A stretch of DNA of 64,000 nt from NCBI GenBank assembly GCA_963806185.1, contig CAWDXE010000006.1:1-64000 (forward strand). The letters are read 5' to 3'. Origin of the DNA: an uncultured candidate division Zixibacteria bacterium. Its GTDB lineage: Bacteria > Zixibacteria > MSB-5A5 > GN15 > FEB-12. Of this stretch, positions 28,377-38,774 are shown piece after piece. A program made the translations under genes and the position numbers. Within the stretch, counting starts at the first letter, position 1; each line of letters opens with the position of its first letter. Under the pieces are notes generated by a model, which searched no databases, had not been told where the DNA came from, and saw nothing but the letters and a program-made list of their open reading frames with translations.

Positions 28377-29330
28377 TTACGCCGGCGCTTTCGGGTTATC
28401 GCTCAGTATTCGTTCAATCTGCTGGATCATGGCCGAGTCGAGCCGGACGGTTGACGCCTCGAGGTTTTCCTCGAGTTGGTCAAGCGATGTCGCACCCACC
28501 AGCGCACAGCTTATTTGCGGCAGGCGAAGTACCCAGGCCAGGGCGAGATGGCCGACCGGCACGCCGACTTCCTTGGCCAGTTTGGCCAACTGGCGGACTT
28601 TCTGAACGTTATGATCGGTCAGATCAGCTTGCAGCCAACGGGTGGTGGCGCCTCGGCTGCCCGCCGGCAGACCTTCATTATATTTACCGGTAAGAAGTCC
28701 CTGCGCGAGCGGCGACCAGACAGTCAAGCCGATACCGTAGCGCGTGCAGACCGACAGGATATCTTCTTCGATGTGCCGGTCGAGCATATTATAACGGGGT
28801 TGTTCGACAAGGGGACCATAACAGAGCCAGCGATACGCTTCCCCAACCGCCCGCTCGATTTGCGCCGCGGTCCAGACCGACGTTCCCCAATAAAGGACTT
28901 TCCCTTGATGCACCAGGTCGTCCATCGCCCGGACAACCTCCTCGACCTCCGTCTCCGGGTCAAACCGATGGCAGAAGTAGATATCAAGGTAATCGGTTCC
29001 GATACGCTTGAGGGACTTGTCAATCGACTCGAAGATGTGCTTCCGGCTCAGCCCTCGGTCGGTAATCGCATCTGACATCGGCCAGTACAACTTGCTGGAT
29101 AGTACGAGATCGGTCCGTTCAAACGACTTGATTGCCTGTCCGACTATCCGTTCAGCTTCGCCTCGCGCGTAAATGTCCGCGATATCGATATAATTGACCC
29201 CGCGCTCAATGGCGGTCTGGATGATCGACTGGGCTGTGTCGCCTTCAACCGATCCACCGTAGGTCAACCATGCGCCCAATGAAATTTCAGACACCTTGAG
29301 GCCGGTTTTGCCGATTCTGCGATAATTCAC
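28377..29330 (-). CDS. Aldo/keto reductase (Kv-beta-like)
   Basis: GLKVSEISLGAW, DIADIY, GLSRKHI, YFCHRFD, WSPLAQGLLTGKY. Confidence 0.92.
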   Translation of the reverse strand: MNYRRIGKTGLKVSEISLGAWLTYGGSVEGDTAQSIIQTAIERGVNYIDIADIYARGEAERIVGQAIKSFERTDLVLSSKLYWPMSDAITDRGLSRKHIFESIDKSLKRIGTDYLDIYFCHRFDPETEVEEVVRAMDDLVHQGKVLYWGTSVWTAAQIERAVGEAYRWLCYGPLVEQPRYNMLDRHIEEDILSVCTRYGIGLTVWSPLAQGLLTGKYNEGLPAGSRGATTRWLQADLTDHNVQKVRQLAKLAKEVGVPVGHLALAWVLRLPQISCALVGATSLDQLEENLEASTVRLDSAMIQQIERILSDNPKAPA

Positions 29331-29567
29331 GCTACCCCTCTTTCAATTTGGCTATGATACCCAAAGGTACATCACACGCAATCACTTGGCAACCCACCGA
29401 CGATAAAAGCGACATTTTGTGAATCCTGACCACCCTTAACCTGAAATCTCGGTCGAGCTGTGAACGGTTGGTTCGTTATATACCTGTGGACAGGGCTTCT
29501 CGGGGCGCGACGTTGACGCCGGCCTCGAGGCATACTAATTTGAGTTTTCATCCAACGGAGGTAACCG

Positions 29568-29906
29568 ATGGCGGAATTTATGCTGTTGATAGGCAACGGG
29601 AACTGGGACCAGTACTCGCCCGAAGAGGCCCAGCAGGCGGTCCAGAAATATATCGCCTGGGCCCGAAAACTTCGCGAGGAAGGTCGCCTGAAGGGGGGCG
29701 ACGAACTCCAGGCCAACGGCCGCATTCTCAAAAAGCAGGCCGGGCAGATTGTCGACGGCCCCTTTGCGGAGACCAAGGAATCGGTCGGGGGGTACTTTCT
29801 GATCGAAGCCGACAATTACGATCACGCGGTGGCCATCACCCGGGAATGCCCTACCTTCGATCACGGCGGTTGGGTCGAAATCCGGGCCATTTCCCTGTAC
29901 CAGTAG
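29568..29906 (+). CDS. YciI/DGPF family protein
   Basis: VDGPFAETKESVGGYFLI. Confidence 0.92.
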   Translation: MAEFMLLIGNGNWDQYSPEEAQQAVQKYIAWARKLREEGRLKGGDELQANGRILKKQAGQIVDGPFAETKESVGGYFLIEADNYDHAVAITRECPTFDHGGWVEIRAISLYQ

Positions 29907-29919
29907 CGATTTTGAACTG

Positions 29920-31203
29920 ATGACCGAGCATTTCCAACAGGCTATCGACGGATTGGTGGCCCACCTATTCCGCCATCAGGCTGGGCAAATAATGGCTGTT
30001 CTCACTCGCCGCCTCGGCGCCCACCGAATAGACCTGGCTGAGGACATTGTCCAGGAAACTCTCGTCCGCGCCCTCCGCCAATGGCCCCTCCGCGGCGTGC
30101 CTGAGAACCCATCCGGCTGGCTCATGCAGACAGCCAACAATCTGATGATCGATCTCATCAGAAGAGAGAAGTCTTTTGCCGCGAAGGAAGCGACGATTGC
30201 GAGTCATTGCGAGGCTCGGCCGAGTACTGATGAGACCGGCAGCGTGAGGTACGAGCAGGAGGTGAGTGACGACCAGCTCGCGATGATCTTCGCCGCCTGC
30301 CATCCCTCGCTGTCGAGCGGCGCCAGCGTCGCCTTCACACTGAAAATCCTCTGCGGTTTCAGCGTACCGGAGATCAGCCGTGCCTTTCTTCTGGAAGAGT
30401 CAACCATCGCACAGCGAATCGTCCGAGCCAAGCGACTCTTCCGGAGTGGCCGAGTGGCACTCGAAATTCCGCCAGCCGCGGCGTTGGTCGAGCGGCTCGG
30501 ACCGGTGATGCACGTATTGTATCTTCTGTTCAATGAGGGGTACAATTGCCATAGCGGAGAACAGCTGGTCAGAGAGGACCTGTGTGAGGAAGCAATCCGC
30601 CTCACGCGGCTGCTCGCCGCACACCCTCGTACCGATCAGCCGTCAGTTCATGCGCTGCTTGCGCTCATGCTGTTTCAGGCCTCCCGACTGCCGGCCCGTG
30701 CCGACGACGGCGGCAATCTGCTGCTTCTGAAGTATCAGGATCGCTGCCGCTGGGACTGCTCGCTCATCGGCGACGGATTTCGCGAGCTGGAACAGGCGGC
30801 ACACGGGACAGAGCTCACCCGCTACCATCTGGAGGCTGGTATCGCCTCGATTCATGCCTCAGCTGTCTCTTTTGAGTCAACGGACTGGAAGGCAATGAGG
30901 CAACTCTACGACGATCTTGCGGCGCTCGTCCCATCGCCAATCATCCTGCTCAACCGATCCGTGGTTACCGCCATGATCGACGGCCCGGGATGCGCCCTCG
31001 CCGAATTGGAGGGGCTGACCGACCATTCATCATTCCGCTCTTTTCATCTCTTCTTTTCCACCCGCGCCGAATTCAAGCGCCGACTCGGTGACTGGCCATC
31101 GGCCATTCAGGATTACGAACGGGCAATCGCGCTCGCGGGCAATGACGCGGAGCGGCGGTTCCTGTCGGAGCAGGCAACCAAGTGTCGCCATCAGGCGTCT
31201 TGA
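29920..31203 (+). CDS. ECF sigma factor with TPR-like C-terminal extension (ECF42-like)
   Basis: AEDIVQE, WP..GVPENP, IFAACHP, QRIVRAK, LYLLFNEGY; directly follows a DGPF gene. Confidence 0.88.
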   Translation: MTEHFQQAIDGLVAHLFRHQAGQIMAVLTRRLGAHRIDLAEDIVQETLVRALRQWPLRGVPENPSGWLMQTANNLMIDLIRREKSFAAKEATIASHCEARPSTDETGSVRYEQEVSDDQLAMIFAACHPSLSSGASVAFTLKILCGFSVPEISRAFLLEESTIAQRIVRAKRLFRSGRVALEIPPAAALVERLGPVMHVLYLLFNEGYNCHSGEQLVREDLCEEAIRLTRLLAAHPRTDQPSVHALLALMLFQASRLPARADDGGNLLLLKYQDRCRWDCSLIGDGFRELEQAAHGTELTRYHLEAGIASIHASAVSFESTDWKAMRQLYDDLAALVPSPIILLNRSVVTAMIDGPGCALAELEGLTDHSSFRSFHLFFSTRAEFKRRLGDWPSAIQDYERAIALAGNDAERRFLSEQATKCRHQAS

Positions 31204-31298
31204 ATTCCCCGTTCGCAATTGACCCGTGGCGTTGAACCACATATATTTCCGATGAGCGTTCAGTCACGCTAGAGCACACCGACGAAAGGGAAAATTTC

Positions 31299-32243
31299 AT
31301 GACTGTCGTCACGCGCCTATCGGGTTTTCTGTTTCTGCTTGTTGCCATTTGTGGCGTTTCTTCGTTTGCCGGTCCAAATCGCACTACGGAAACAAGTCAA
31401 ACAACATCCGCCGACGCACAATTCCTCCCGCTGCAGCGTCTCACCCCCGACGGGGCGGCCGCAACTTGTACTCCCAAGTGGCAGGGACCCAATGCCGGTT
31501 GGCTGAAATCCTGGCATGTCGGTAACGAATCATACGCGGCGTACCAGGACGCAAGTGAAGTCGGTTGCGCGTCGCCGTATCCGTTCAAAGTGCAAAACAT
31601 GTACTGGCGTCTGACCAATCAAACGTCGGCCAGTCTTGTGGTTAGGGTACAGCCGCGCATTCTCAGCGCCGGCGGCACCATATCCTGCCCCAAACCGCTC
31701 GATACGCTCTATCAGGGCCCAGTGTACGAAGTGACTCTTCCGGCGTATACGACCGGCGTCGCCCAGCTTCCCACGCCGGCCAGCCCCTGCCTGACCGGCC
31801 CGTATTTCATCGTGGCGTACTGCCTGGATTCACTCGGCTCGGGGAAACTCGGGATCAATCTGGATTCGGCGCAAGTGGTCCCACTGCGCACCTGTGCCGC
31901 CTACACGAATTATCGCGGCCCCTGGGAAGACGTCGTTTCGATCTTTCACTTCCCCGGCAATCTGACGCTCTGGACTGATGGCACAACCGCCGAGAGCAAC
32001 GGATGTACGGGTGGTGGCGCCTGTTGCGTCAACACGACGGGCAACGTCGATTGCGGTGCCGACGACAACGTCGATATCGGCGACCTGACGGTGCTGATTG
32101 ATCACATGTTCATATCGTTTACTCCGCTTTGCTGCATGGCGGAAGCCAATACTGACGACAATGCCGGGATCGATATCTCGGACCTGACCAGACTGATCGA
32201 TCATTTGTTCATTTCGTTTTCGCCGCTGGCGACCTGTCCCTGA
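31299..32243 (+). CDS. Secreted Cys-rich protein with C-terminal dockerin-like domain
   Basis: Signal peptide; CC...GNVDC...DIGDLTVLIDHMF...EANTD...DISDLTRLIDHLF duplicated Ca-loop/helix. Confidence 0.8.
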   Translation: MTVVTRLSGFLFLLVAICGVSSFAGPNRTTETSQTTSADAQFLPLQRLTPDGAAATCTPKWQGPNAGWLKSWHVGNESYAAYQDASEVGCASPYPFKVQNMYWRLTNQTSASLVVRVQPRILSAGGTISCPKPLDTLYQGPVYEVTLPAYTTGVAQLPTPASPCLTGPYFIVAYCLDSLGSGKLGINLDSAQVVPLRTCAAYTNYRGPWEDVVSIFHFPGNLTLWTDGTTAESNGCTGGGACCVNTTGNVDCGADDNVDIGDLTVLIDHMFISFTPLCCMAEANTDDNAGIDISDLTRLIDHLFISFSPLATCP

Positions 32244-32299
32244 ACCGGGTCAGCTTTTTCGATTACTCGTCTGAATCATTTGACCTATATTTCTATCCA

Positions 32300-32923
32300 A
32301 TGGATGAAAAACAGCTCATAGCGCGGGCCCAGTCCGGTGATTTTGCCGCATTCACCGAACTCATCAACACCCACAAGGGGCGGGTGTTTGGCCTGGTGCG
32401 TCGATTGATCGGCAACGAACAGGACGCCGAGGATCTGGTGCAGGAGACGTTCCTGAAAGCGATCGACAATATCGATCGGTTCCGGGGTGAGGCCGCCTTC
32501 GGCACCTGGCTGCACACGATCGCGCTCAATCAAGTGCGGGCTCATGCGGCGAAAGAGAAAGTGCGCGACCTTCGCCCGTTGGAAGATTATCTGCCAATCG
32601 CTGACGCCGACGACGGGCATCAGCACGCGGCCGCGCACCTGTCGACGTGGCGTGATCCGCATGCCGAGCTGGAGGCTGACGAACTGCGGCAACGGCTCAA
32701 TGCGGCTATCAATGAATTGCCGTACGCCTACCGCGAGGCTTTTGTACTCCGGTATTTCGACGAGTTGTCGGTGAAAGAGATCGCCGCGATTACGGACGAA
32801 TCGGAAGCGGCGACCAAGTCAAGAATTCTCCGCGCTCGACTGGCGTTGCGCGAGAAACTGGCCAGACTGTTTGAGGATGTCGATGGAAAAGCGTTGTCCG
32901 GATTACATTCAACAACTGAATGA
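32300..32923 (+). CDS. ECF RNA polymerase sigma factor
   Basis: DAEDLVQETF, FGTWLHTIA, LSVKEIA, KSRILRAR. Confidence 0.92.
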   Translation: MDEKQLIARAQSGDFAAFTELINTHKGRVFGLVRRLIGNEQDAEDLVQETFLKAIDNIDRFRGEAAFGTWLHTIALNQVRAHAAKEKVRDLRPLEDYLPIADADDGHQHAAAHLSTWRDPHAELEADELRQRLNAAINELPYAYREAFVLRYFDELSVKEIAAITDESEAATKSRILRARLALREKLARLFEDVDGKALSGLHSTTE

Positions 32924-33140
32924 TTATCTCGACGGTCAGGTGGACGCGTCGTTGTGCGCCGAGATTGAGCGGCATATCGGCGAGTGCGCCAACTGCAGGA
33001 TCATGGTCGATACGCTCAAGCAGACGGTGACGTTGTTTCGCGACGACAAGGCCGAAACGCTGCCTCCGGCGCTGGAGACCCGGTTGAATTCACTGCTCAA
33101 GGCGCGGTGGGAACAGAAATTCGGCAAGGCGGCGACATAG
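32883..33140 (+). CDS. Soluble zf-HC2 (ZAS) anti-sigma factor
   Basis: LNDYLDG...HIGECANC; no TM segment; overlaps the sigma gene. Confidence 0.88.
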   Translation: MEKRCPDYIQQLNDYLDGQVDASLCAEIERHIGECANCRIMVDTLKQTVTLFRDDKAETLPPALETRLNSLLKARWEQKFGKAAT

Positions 33141-33171
33141 CAATCCGGGCCGCCGCCTCACAATGGTTTTT

Positions 33172-35298
33172 TCAATGAACCCGTCTGACTTTCCCTACCT
33201 GCTCAAGAATGAACGCATATTCAAAGGCAATCTCCTCGAGTGCGGAATACCTGCCCGATGCCCCACCGTGACCGGCCCCCATGTTGGTCCGCAGGATGAG
33301 TACATTGGAGTCGGTCTTCATGGCGCGGAGCTTAGCCGTCCACTTGGTCCCCTCATAGTAACCGACGCGCGTGTCATTCAGCGACGGTTCAACCAGAAGC
33401 GCCGGGTACGTCTTCGCCGCGACGTTGTCATACGGTGAATACGAGAGCATGTATTCGAAGAAGTCCTTCTGGTTCGGATCCCCCCACTCTTCGTACTCAT
33501 TGGTCGTGAGCGGTATCGAGGCATCAAGCATCGTGTTTATCAGATCAACAAACGGTACCTGTGCCACGGCTGCCTTGAACAGGTCAGGACGCATGTTAAC
33601 GACGGTACCGATCAGCAAGCCGCCGGCCGATCCGCCGATGACCACAAGATGCTCTTTTGACGTGTACTTTTGCTTGATCAGGTACTCCGCCGTGGCAATG
33701 AAATCCGTGAAAGTGTTCTTCTTCTTGAACAGCTTGCCGTCGTCGTACCAGATTCGCCCCATCTCCCCGCCGCCGCGGATATGGGCAACGGCGAAGATAA
33801 CTCCGCGATTGAGCAGACTGAGTCGATTCGATGAAAAGTACGGATCAAGCGAGTAGCCATATGCACCGTAGCCGTCGAGCAGCAGCGGTGCACTCCCATC
33901 GAGACGTACTCCCTTCTTGTACACAAGGGAGATCGGCACTTTGGCGCCGTCGGACGCCGTGGCGAAGAGGCGCTTGCTCTGGTAATCATTCGGATTGTAC
34001 CCGCCGACCACCTCGCGCTGTTTTTTCAATTCCCGTTGCTTCGTCTTCATGTTGTAGTCGTAGACCGATGCAGGCGTCACAAATGAGGTGTAGTTGAAGC
34101 GCAGGACCGGCGAATTGAATTCGCGATTGTCCCCGCCGTCGACCGAGTACACCTGTTCGCGGAAGGTGATCGGCTCATACTTCTTCGCTGCAAAATCATA
34201 CACCCGCGCCGTCTGGTTACCCCTGGTGCGTTCCCACAGAACCATGTAATCGCGATACAGATCGACACCTTCCAGCATGACATCCTTGCGGTGCGGAACG
34301 ATCTCTTTCCAGTTGGCCCGTCCCGGACCGGCCACCGGCGCCTCCATCAGGCGGAAGTTGCGCGCGCTGTCGTTGGTGCGGATGTAGAATTTGTCCCCCC
34401 GGTGATTCACGTAGTACTCGACGTCCTTGCGGCGTGGCTCGATGACGGTAAACTTGCCCATCGGCGCATTGGCGTCGAGCACGTGCACCTCCGACGTAGT
34501 ACTGGTCGCGAGGGTGATGACCAAATAGGCGTTGCTGAGCGTTTTCCCCAGATCCAGCCAGAAGGTGCTGTCCGGTTCGTGGAAAACCTCAACGTCGGTC
34601 TTCGGGTCGGTGCCCAATTCGTGGCGGATAACTTTGTATGGACGCCAGGTCTGGTCGGCGATGACGTAGAAGACCGTCTTGTTGTCGTTGGCGAAGACCA
34701 GCGGGCCGGCGATGCTGTCGACTACTTCAGGGTACAGTTCACCGGTGGCGAGATTCTTGAAATGCAGGGAGTATCGTTCGTTCCCCTGATCATCGGTCGC
34801 ATACGCCAGCACCTGTTGATCGGGGCTCACTTCATTGGTGCCGATCGACATGAAATCCTTGCCTTCCGCCAGCTTGTTGACATCGAGGAGTACCTCCTCC
34901 GGAGCGTCAAGCGTCCCTTTCTTGCGGCAGTATACTTTGTATTGCTTCCCCGCCTCGTCGCGCGAGTAGTAGAAATAACCGCTGTCGCGAACCGGTACCG
35001 ACAGGTCGGTCTCCTTGATGCGCGCCACCATTTCCTTGTAGAGCGTATCGCGAAGATCCTTGGTCGACGCGGTCACGGAATCGGCGTAGGCGTTTTCCGC
35101 TTTGATGTACTCCAGCACGTCGGGATTCTCCCGGTTTCGAAACCAGGCGTAGTTGTCGACCATGACATGCCCGAATAGTGTGTCGATCTTCGGTTCGATT
35201 TTGGCCACCGGCGGCTTCGGAGCGGCGGAGACCGCCGCCATCGAGAATACCAGAACGCCCAGTGACAGCGCACCAGGCCATGAGAGTTTTCGCATCAT
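33172..35298 (-). CDS. ptrB: Oligopeptidase B (S9A) with signal peptide
   Basis: DNYAW, YGAYG, HIRGGGEMG, GGSAGG, DTRV, GAGH. Confidence 0.93.
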   Translation of the reverse strand: MMRKLSWPGALSLGVLVFSMAAVSAAPKPPVAKIEPKIDTLFGHVMVDNYAWFRNRENPDVLEYIKAENAYADSVTASTKDLRDTLYKEMVARIKETDLSVPVRDSGYFYYSRDEAGKQYKVYCRKKGTLDAPEEVLLDVNKLAEGKDFMSIGTNEVSPDQQVLAYATDDQGNERYSLHFKNLATGELYPEVVDSIAGPLVFANDNKTVFYVIADQTWRPYKVIRHELGTDPKTDVEVFHEPDSTFWLDLGKTLSNAYLVITLATSTTSEVHVLDANAPMGKFTVIEPRRKDVEYYVNHRGDKFYIRTNDSARNFRLMEAPVAGPGRANWKEIVPHRKDVMLEGVDLYRDYMVLWERTRGNQTARVYDFAAKKYEPITFREQVYSVDGGDNREFNSPVLRFNYTSFVTPASVYDYNMKTKQRELKKQREVVGGYNPNDYQSKRLFATASDGAKVPISLVYKKGVRLDGSAPLLLDGYGAYGYSLDPYFSSNRLSLLNRGVIFAVAHIRGGGEMGRIWYDDGKLFKKKNTFTDFIATAEYLIKQKYTSKEHLVVIGGSAGGLLIGTVVNMRPDLFKAAVAQVPFVDLINTMLDASIPLTTNEYEEWGDPNQKDFFEYMLSYSPYDNVAAKTYPALLVEPSLNDTRVGYYEGTKWTAKLRAMKTDSNVLILRTNMGAGHGGASGRYSALEEIAFEYAFILEQVGKVRRVH

Positions 35299-35335
35299 CT
35301 GATTCCTGCTTCCATCTTCCCGGCCTCGGGTCGGG

Positions 35336-35755
35336 CTATTCTCCAATGATTTTAATGAGTACTCGTTTGCGACGGCGGCCGTCGAATTCGCCGTAAAAGA
35401 TCTGCTCCCACGGACCGAAATCGAGCTTGCCGTTGGTGATGGCCACCAGCACTTCGCGCCCCATGAGCTGACGTTTCATATGCGCGTCGGCGTTGTCCTC
35501 GCCGGTGTCGTTGTGCCGGTATCCGGAGACCGGTTCGTGCGGCGCCAGTTTCTCAAGCCACATGTCGTAGTCCTGGTGCAGGCCGGATTCGTCGTCATTG
35601 ATGAAGACCGATGCCGTGATATGCATGGCGTTGACCAGCACCAGCCCCTCTTTGACGCCGCTCTCCCGAAGACATTGCTCAACCTCGGGGGTGATATTCA
35701 CGAAACCACGACGACTGGGGATATTGAACCAGAGTTCTTTGCGAAATGATTTCAT
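35336..35755 (-). CDS. yjbQ: YjbQ/UPF0047 family protein
   Basis: [31 protein letters not shown]. Confidence 0.9.
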   Translation of the reverse strand: MKSFRKELWFNIPSRRGFVNITPEVEQCLRESGVKEGLVLVNAMHITASVFINDDESGLHQDYDMWLEKLAPHEPVSGYRHNDTGEDNADAHMKRQLMGREVLVAITNGKLDFGPWEQIFYGEFDGRRRKRVLIKIIGE

Positions 35756-36309
35756 TCTTCCGATTGACCTTCGACCGTGAGTGGATAGGATTCCTCGACC
35801 TGATATATCGCACCACTGCTTGACAGCATGCTCGAATATAGGCAAAACTCGTTCACCCGGAAAGGGAGCGATTCATACAGGTTGTACTCGATAATATACC
35901 GGGCGAGGCGCGGGACATTGACGTCGCGAAGTCGGGCGATCGCTACATGCGGGGCGAATTTGCGACGGTCGCGCTCGATGCCGATATGCGAGAGCGTGGA
36001 TTCGATTTTATTGCGCAGGGCAATCAGCGGCTCGGACTTTTGCACGCCCACCCAGATCACTTCCGGCCTACCTTTCGGCGGGAAATGACCGACCCCTTTG
36101 AGGGTTAATTCAAACGGCGCGCGGCGGATTTCACCGAGCGCGGCCATGATGTCCTCAAAAACGCCCCCGTCGACCTCGCCTATGAAGCGCAGGGTGAGAT
36201 GCATTTGCACGGGCGTGAGCCAGCGCGCGCCGGGCACGCCGCCGCTGAGACGGGTGAGTTGTTCCTTGATATGCGTAGGTAGATCTATGGCGACAAAGAG
36301 GCGGTACAT
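35752..36309 (-). CDS. thpR: RNA 2',3'-cyclic phosphodiesterase (2H family)
   Basis: [22 protein letters not shown]. Confidence 0.88.
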   Translation of the reverse strand: MYRLFVAIDLPTHIKEQLTRLSGGVPGARWLTPVQMHLTLRFIGEVDGGVFEDIMAALGEIRRAPFELTLKGVGHFPPKGRPEVIWVGVQKSEPLIALRNKIESTLSHIGIERDRRKFAPHVAIARLRDVNVPRLARYIIEYNLYESLPFRVNEFCLYSSMLSSSGAIYQVEESYPLTVEGQSEE

Positions 36310-36441
36310 AGCGCAGTTTCTCCAGCCGACAAGATAGGACTTGTAGGCGCGGAGTCAAACATCGTTGATTACACGAAATGGCGGATTGGGCCGTCGATGG
36401 ATTAAGGGCGGTACCAAGTATAGTCGGGTGGTAGTCCGATC

Positions 36442-37086
36442 ATGAAACAGCGATTTCTTGTGTGCACAGTTGTTCTGCTAGCCTCAGGGGCTTGGCAATG
36501 CGCTCATTTGGGCCCGCTTCATCAATCGAACGTGAGGCAGCGGGTCGCCATCGGCGAAGGTAATGTGGTTGGGCACATATCAACTGGCTCACCGGAGATT
36601 CCAGTCGTTGGCGCTGTTGTCCAATTAACTGACGATTCTTCGCGTATTACAGCATCTGACCAGACAGGCGACTTCATCTTTACATCCATCCCCCCAGGAC
36701 GCTATTCGCTTTCGATCTCACACCCAGAATACCAGGAGCGATTTTTCGAAGATGTAATCGTCAAAGCATCTTTAACAACAGAGTTGCGGACGGTGCTTCA
36801 GTTGACAAATCCAGAGAATTTCGGCCAAATCTCGGGGAGTATTTTCGACTCTGTGGCTAACGAGACGATTGTCGGGGCTGTTGTCACCGTGGAGAACACC
36901 ATGCTCAGCACCCGCTCGGATCTCCGCGGCAAGTTTATGTTACAACAGGTTCCGGTCGGGATTCATTCGCTCACTGTAACTCATCCAGAATTCCTGACTC
37001 AGACGATTGATTCAGTCTTCGTGCGAAGTGAACAAACGACAAGGGTGGACTGCTACCCCCAACCTAAACCACGGAGACAGGATTAG
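36442..37086 (+). CDS. Exported protein with two carboxypeptidase-regulatory-like (Cna-B) domains
   Basis: Two copies of G.I...VGAVV....SD..G.F....P.G..SL...HPE. Confidence 0.75.
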   Translation: MKQRFLVCTVVLLASGAWQCAHLGPLHQSNVRQRVAIGEGNVVGHISTGSPEIPVVGAVVQLTDDSSRITASDQTGDFIFTSIPPGRYSLSISHPEYQERFFEDVIVKASLTTELRTVLQLTNPENFGQISGSIFDSVANETIVGAVVTVENTMLSTRSDLRGKFMLQQVPVGIHSLTVTHPEFLTQTIDSVFVRSEQTTRVDCYPQPKPRRQD

Positions 37087-37168
37087 AATTCGATTGTCGT
37101 ACACAACTGAAGTCCGCCGCCTCCACCGACCACCGCCCGTCAGTTCCTCAGATACGTCTGTCGAAAGC

Positions 37169-37799
37169 TTAACCCTTCAGGGCCGTCTCGATCGCTTTCA
37201 GCACCTCGTCTGATTCCGGCTGCGTCTTCGGCTCAAACCGCGCCACTACCTTCCCGTCGCGATCCAATAGGAACTTGCCGAAATTCCACTGAATCTCCCC
37301 CGGGAACGGTGATTTCTCGGTCAGATACTTGTACAGCGGGTGCTCGTCGTCCCCCTTCACCGAAATCTTGGCCATCATCGGAAAGGAGACATCGTACGTC
37401 GACGTACAAAACTTCAGAATCTCTTCATTGGTGCCCGGCTCCTGCCCGCCGAAATTGTTGGCCGGGAAACCGATGATCACCAGCCCCTTGTCTTTGTACT
37501 TCTGGTACAGCTCTTCCAGCCCGGCATACTGCGGGGTATTGCCGCACTTGCTGGCGACATTCAGGAGCAGGACGACTTTCCCTTTGAAGTCGGACAAGGT
37601 GGAGTCGTTGCCGTGGATGGTCTTGAACTTAATTGTCGCGGTAGTCATCAGCCGTCATCTTGCCCTCCTGTGTGGCCGGGGTCGTCGCATTTTTTGCGCC
37701 GTGTTTGGCATGATCTGCCGTCTGTTCATCCGTGCGCGCCATGGTGGTCGCCGATGCTATCACCAACAACGTCAAAATAATTTTTGCGCGATGCTTCAC
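37169..37799 (-). CDS. Cys-type glutathione peroxidase with signal peptide (frameshift ~37640)
   Basis: NVASKCG, GFPANNFGGQEPG, WNFGKFL; a signal-peptide ORF from GTG 37799 lies in the adjacent frame. Confidence 0.88.
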
Positions 37800-38051
37800 T
37801 TCAGTTTTTCCCTTTCGCCTTTTGCGCGGTGACTTCCCGGACTGTAAATGGTTAGTTACCAACGATAACAGTGGGAACCCCGGGATAAGTTCCTGCCACA
37901 GCGGGCATTTGTCGCCAATGTGGATACAAATTTCCGCGAAGATTCTTCTTGCATAGCGGCGGGGGCGTCTCTATTTTCCCTGCGAGCTAAAGGCTGCTAC
38001 TCGCACCTTACTTCTTTTTTTCTGCGTACTGGCTTACAGTTTGGGTTGGGA

Positions 38052-38648
38052 TTGAAAAACATAGCATTTGTTGTGCTGATGCTGTTGAGTCAGCCTGTCT
38101 GGGCGGCTATCTCGACGGTCACCTCGATTACAGTTCGTTGGACGGCGCCGGGCGACGATGGCAAGACGGGTCGCGCGACGACGTATGATTTGCGTTATTC
38201 GAAAACGCCTATCACCGACGCCAACTGGACCAGCGCCACTCAGGCCGTCAGCGAGCCGCGCCCGGCTACCGCGGGCACTGTCCAGTCGTGCACGATCTCA
38301 GGCTTGGTGCCTACCACTACCTATTATTTCCGTCTCAAAACAATCGATGACAGGGGGAATGCTTCGAACCTGTCCAACCAGGCCACTGCGGCCACCTGTG
38401 GCGGAAGCTGCACCGGTGTGGTCGGCAATTGCGATTGTAGTGCTGATGGGTCGGTCGATATCCTCGATCTGTCGGTGCTGACAGCGTATCTCTTTCAAAA
38501 CGTACAGCCCACTTGTTGGTGCATCTATGAAGCCAACATCGATAACTCCGCTCCGACCGCCTCGGGGCCGACCATCGACATCAACGATCTGACCATGTTT
38601 ATCGATTACCTCTTCGGTAGGTTCACACCGCTGCAGACTTGTAAGTAG
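38052..38648 (+). CDS. Secreted FN3 + dockerin-like protein
   Basis: WTAPGDDG...YDLRYS FN3 module; GNCDC...DILDL...EANID...DINDL. Confidence 0.8.
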   Translation: MKNIAFVVLMLLSQPVWAAISTVTSITVRWTAPGDDGKTGRATTYDLRYSKTPITDANWTSATQAVSEPRPATAGTVQSCTISGLVPTTTYYFRLKTIDDRGNASNLSNQATAATCGGSCTGVVGNCDCSADGSVDILDLSVLTAYLFQNVQPTCWCIYEANIDNSAPTASGPTIDINDLTMFIDYLFGRFTPLQTCK

Positions 38649-38774
38649 CTCCTCCTGATTTCTTTCTGCACAATCATCCTTTTTCCGCACAGATGAATCT
38701 CCTCTCGACGATGGTGCCTGACGATTCGGCCGCTTCCCGCCGTTGACGTTGGGGCACTTAGCAATTCCTCCCTG

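Noticed and set aside
35930..35960. ThpR second motif reads HxA rather than HxT/S
   Set aside because: A single substitution with the His retained; too weak to claim altered function.
37535..37555. Selenocysteine in the glutathione peroxidase
   Set aside because: The active-site codon is TGC (Cys).
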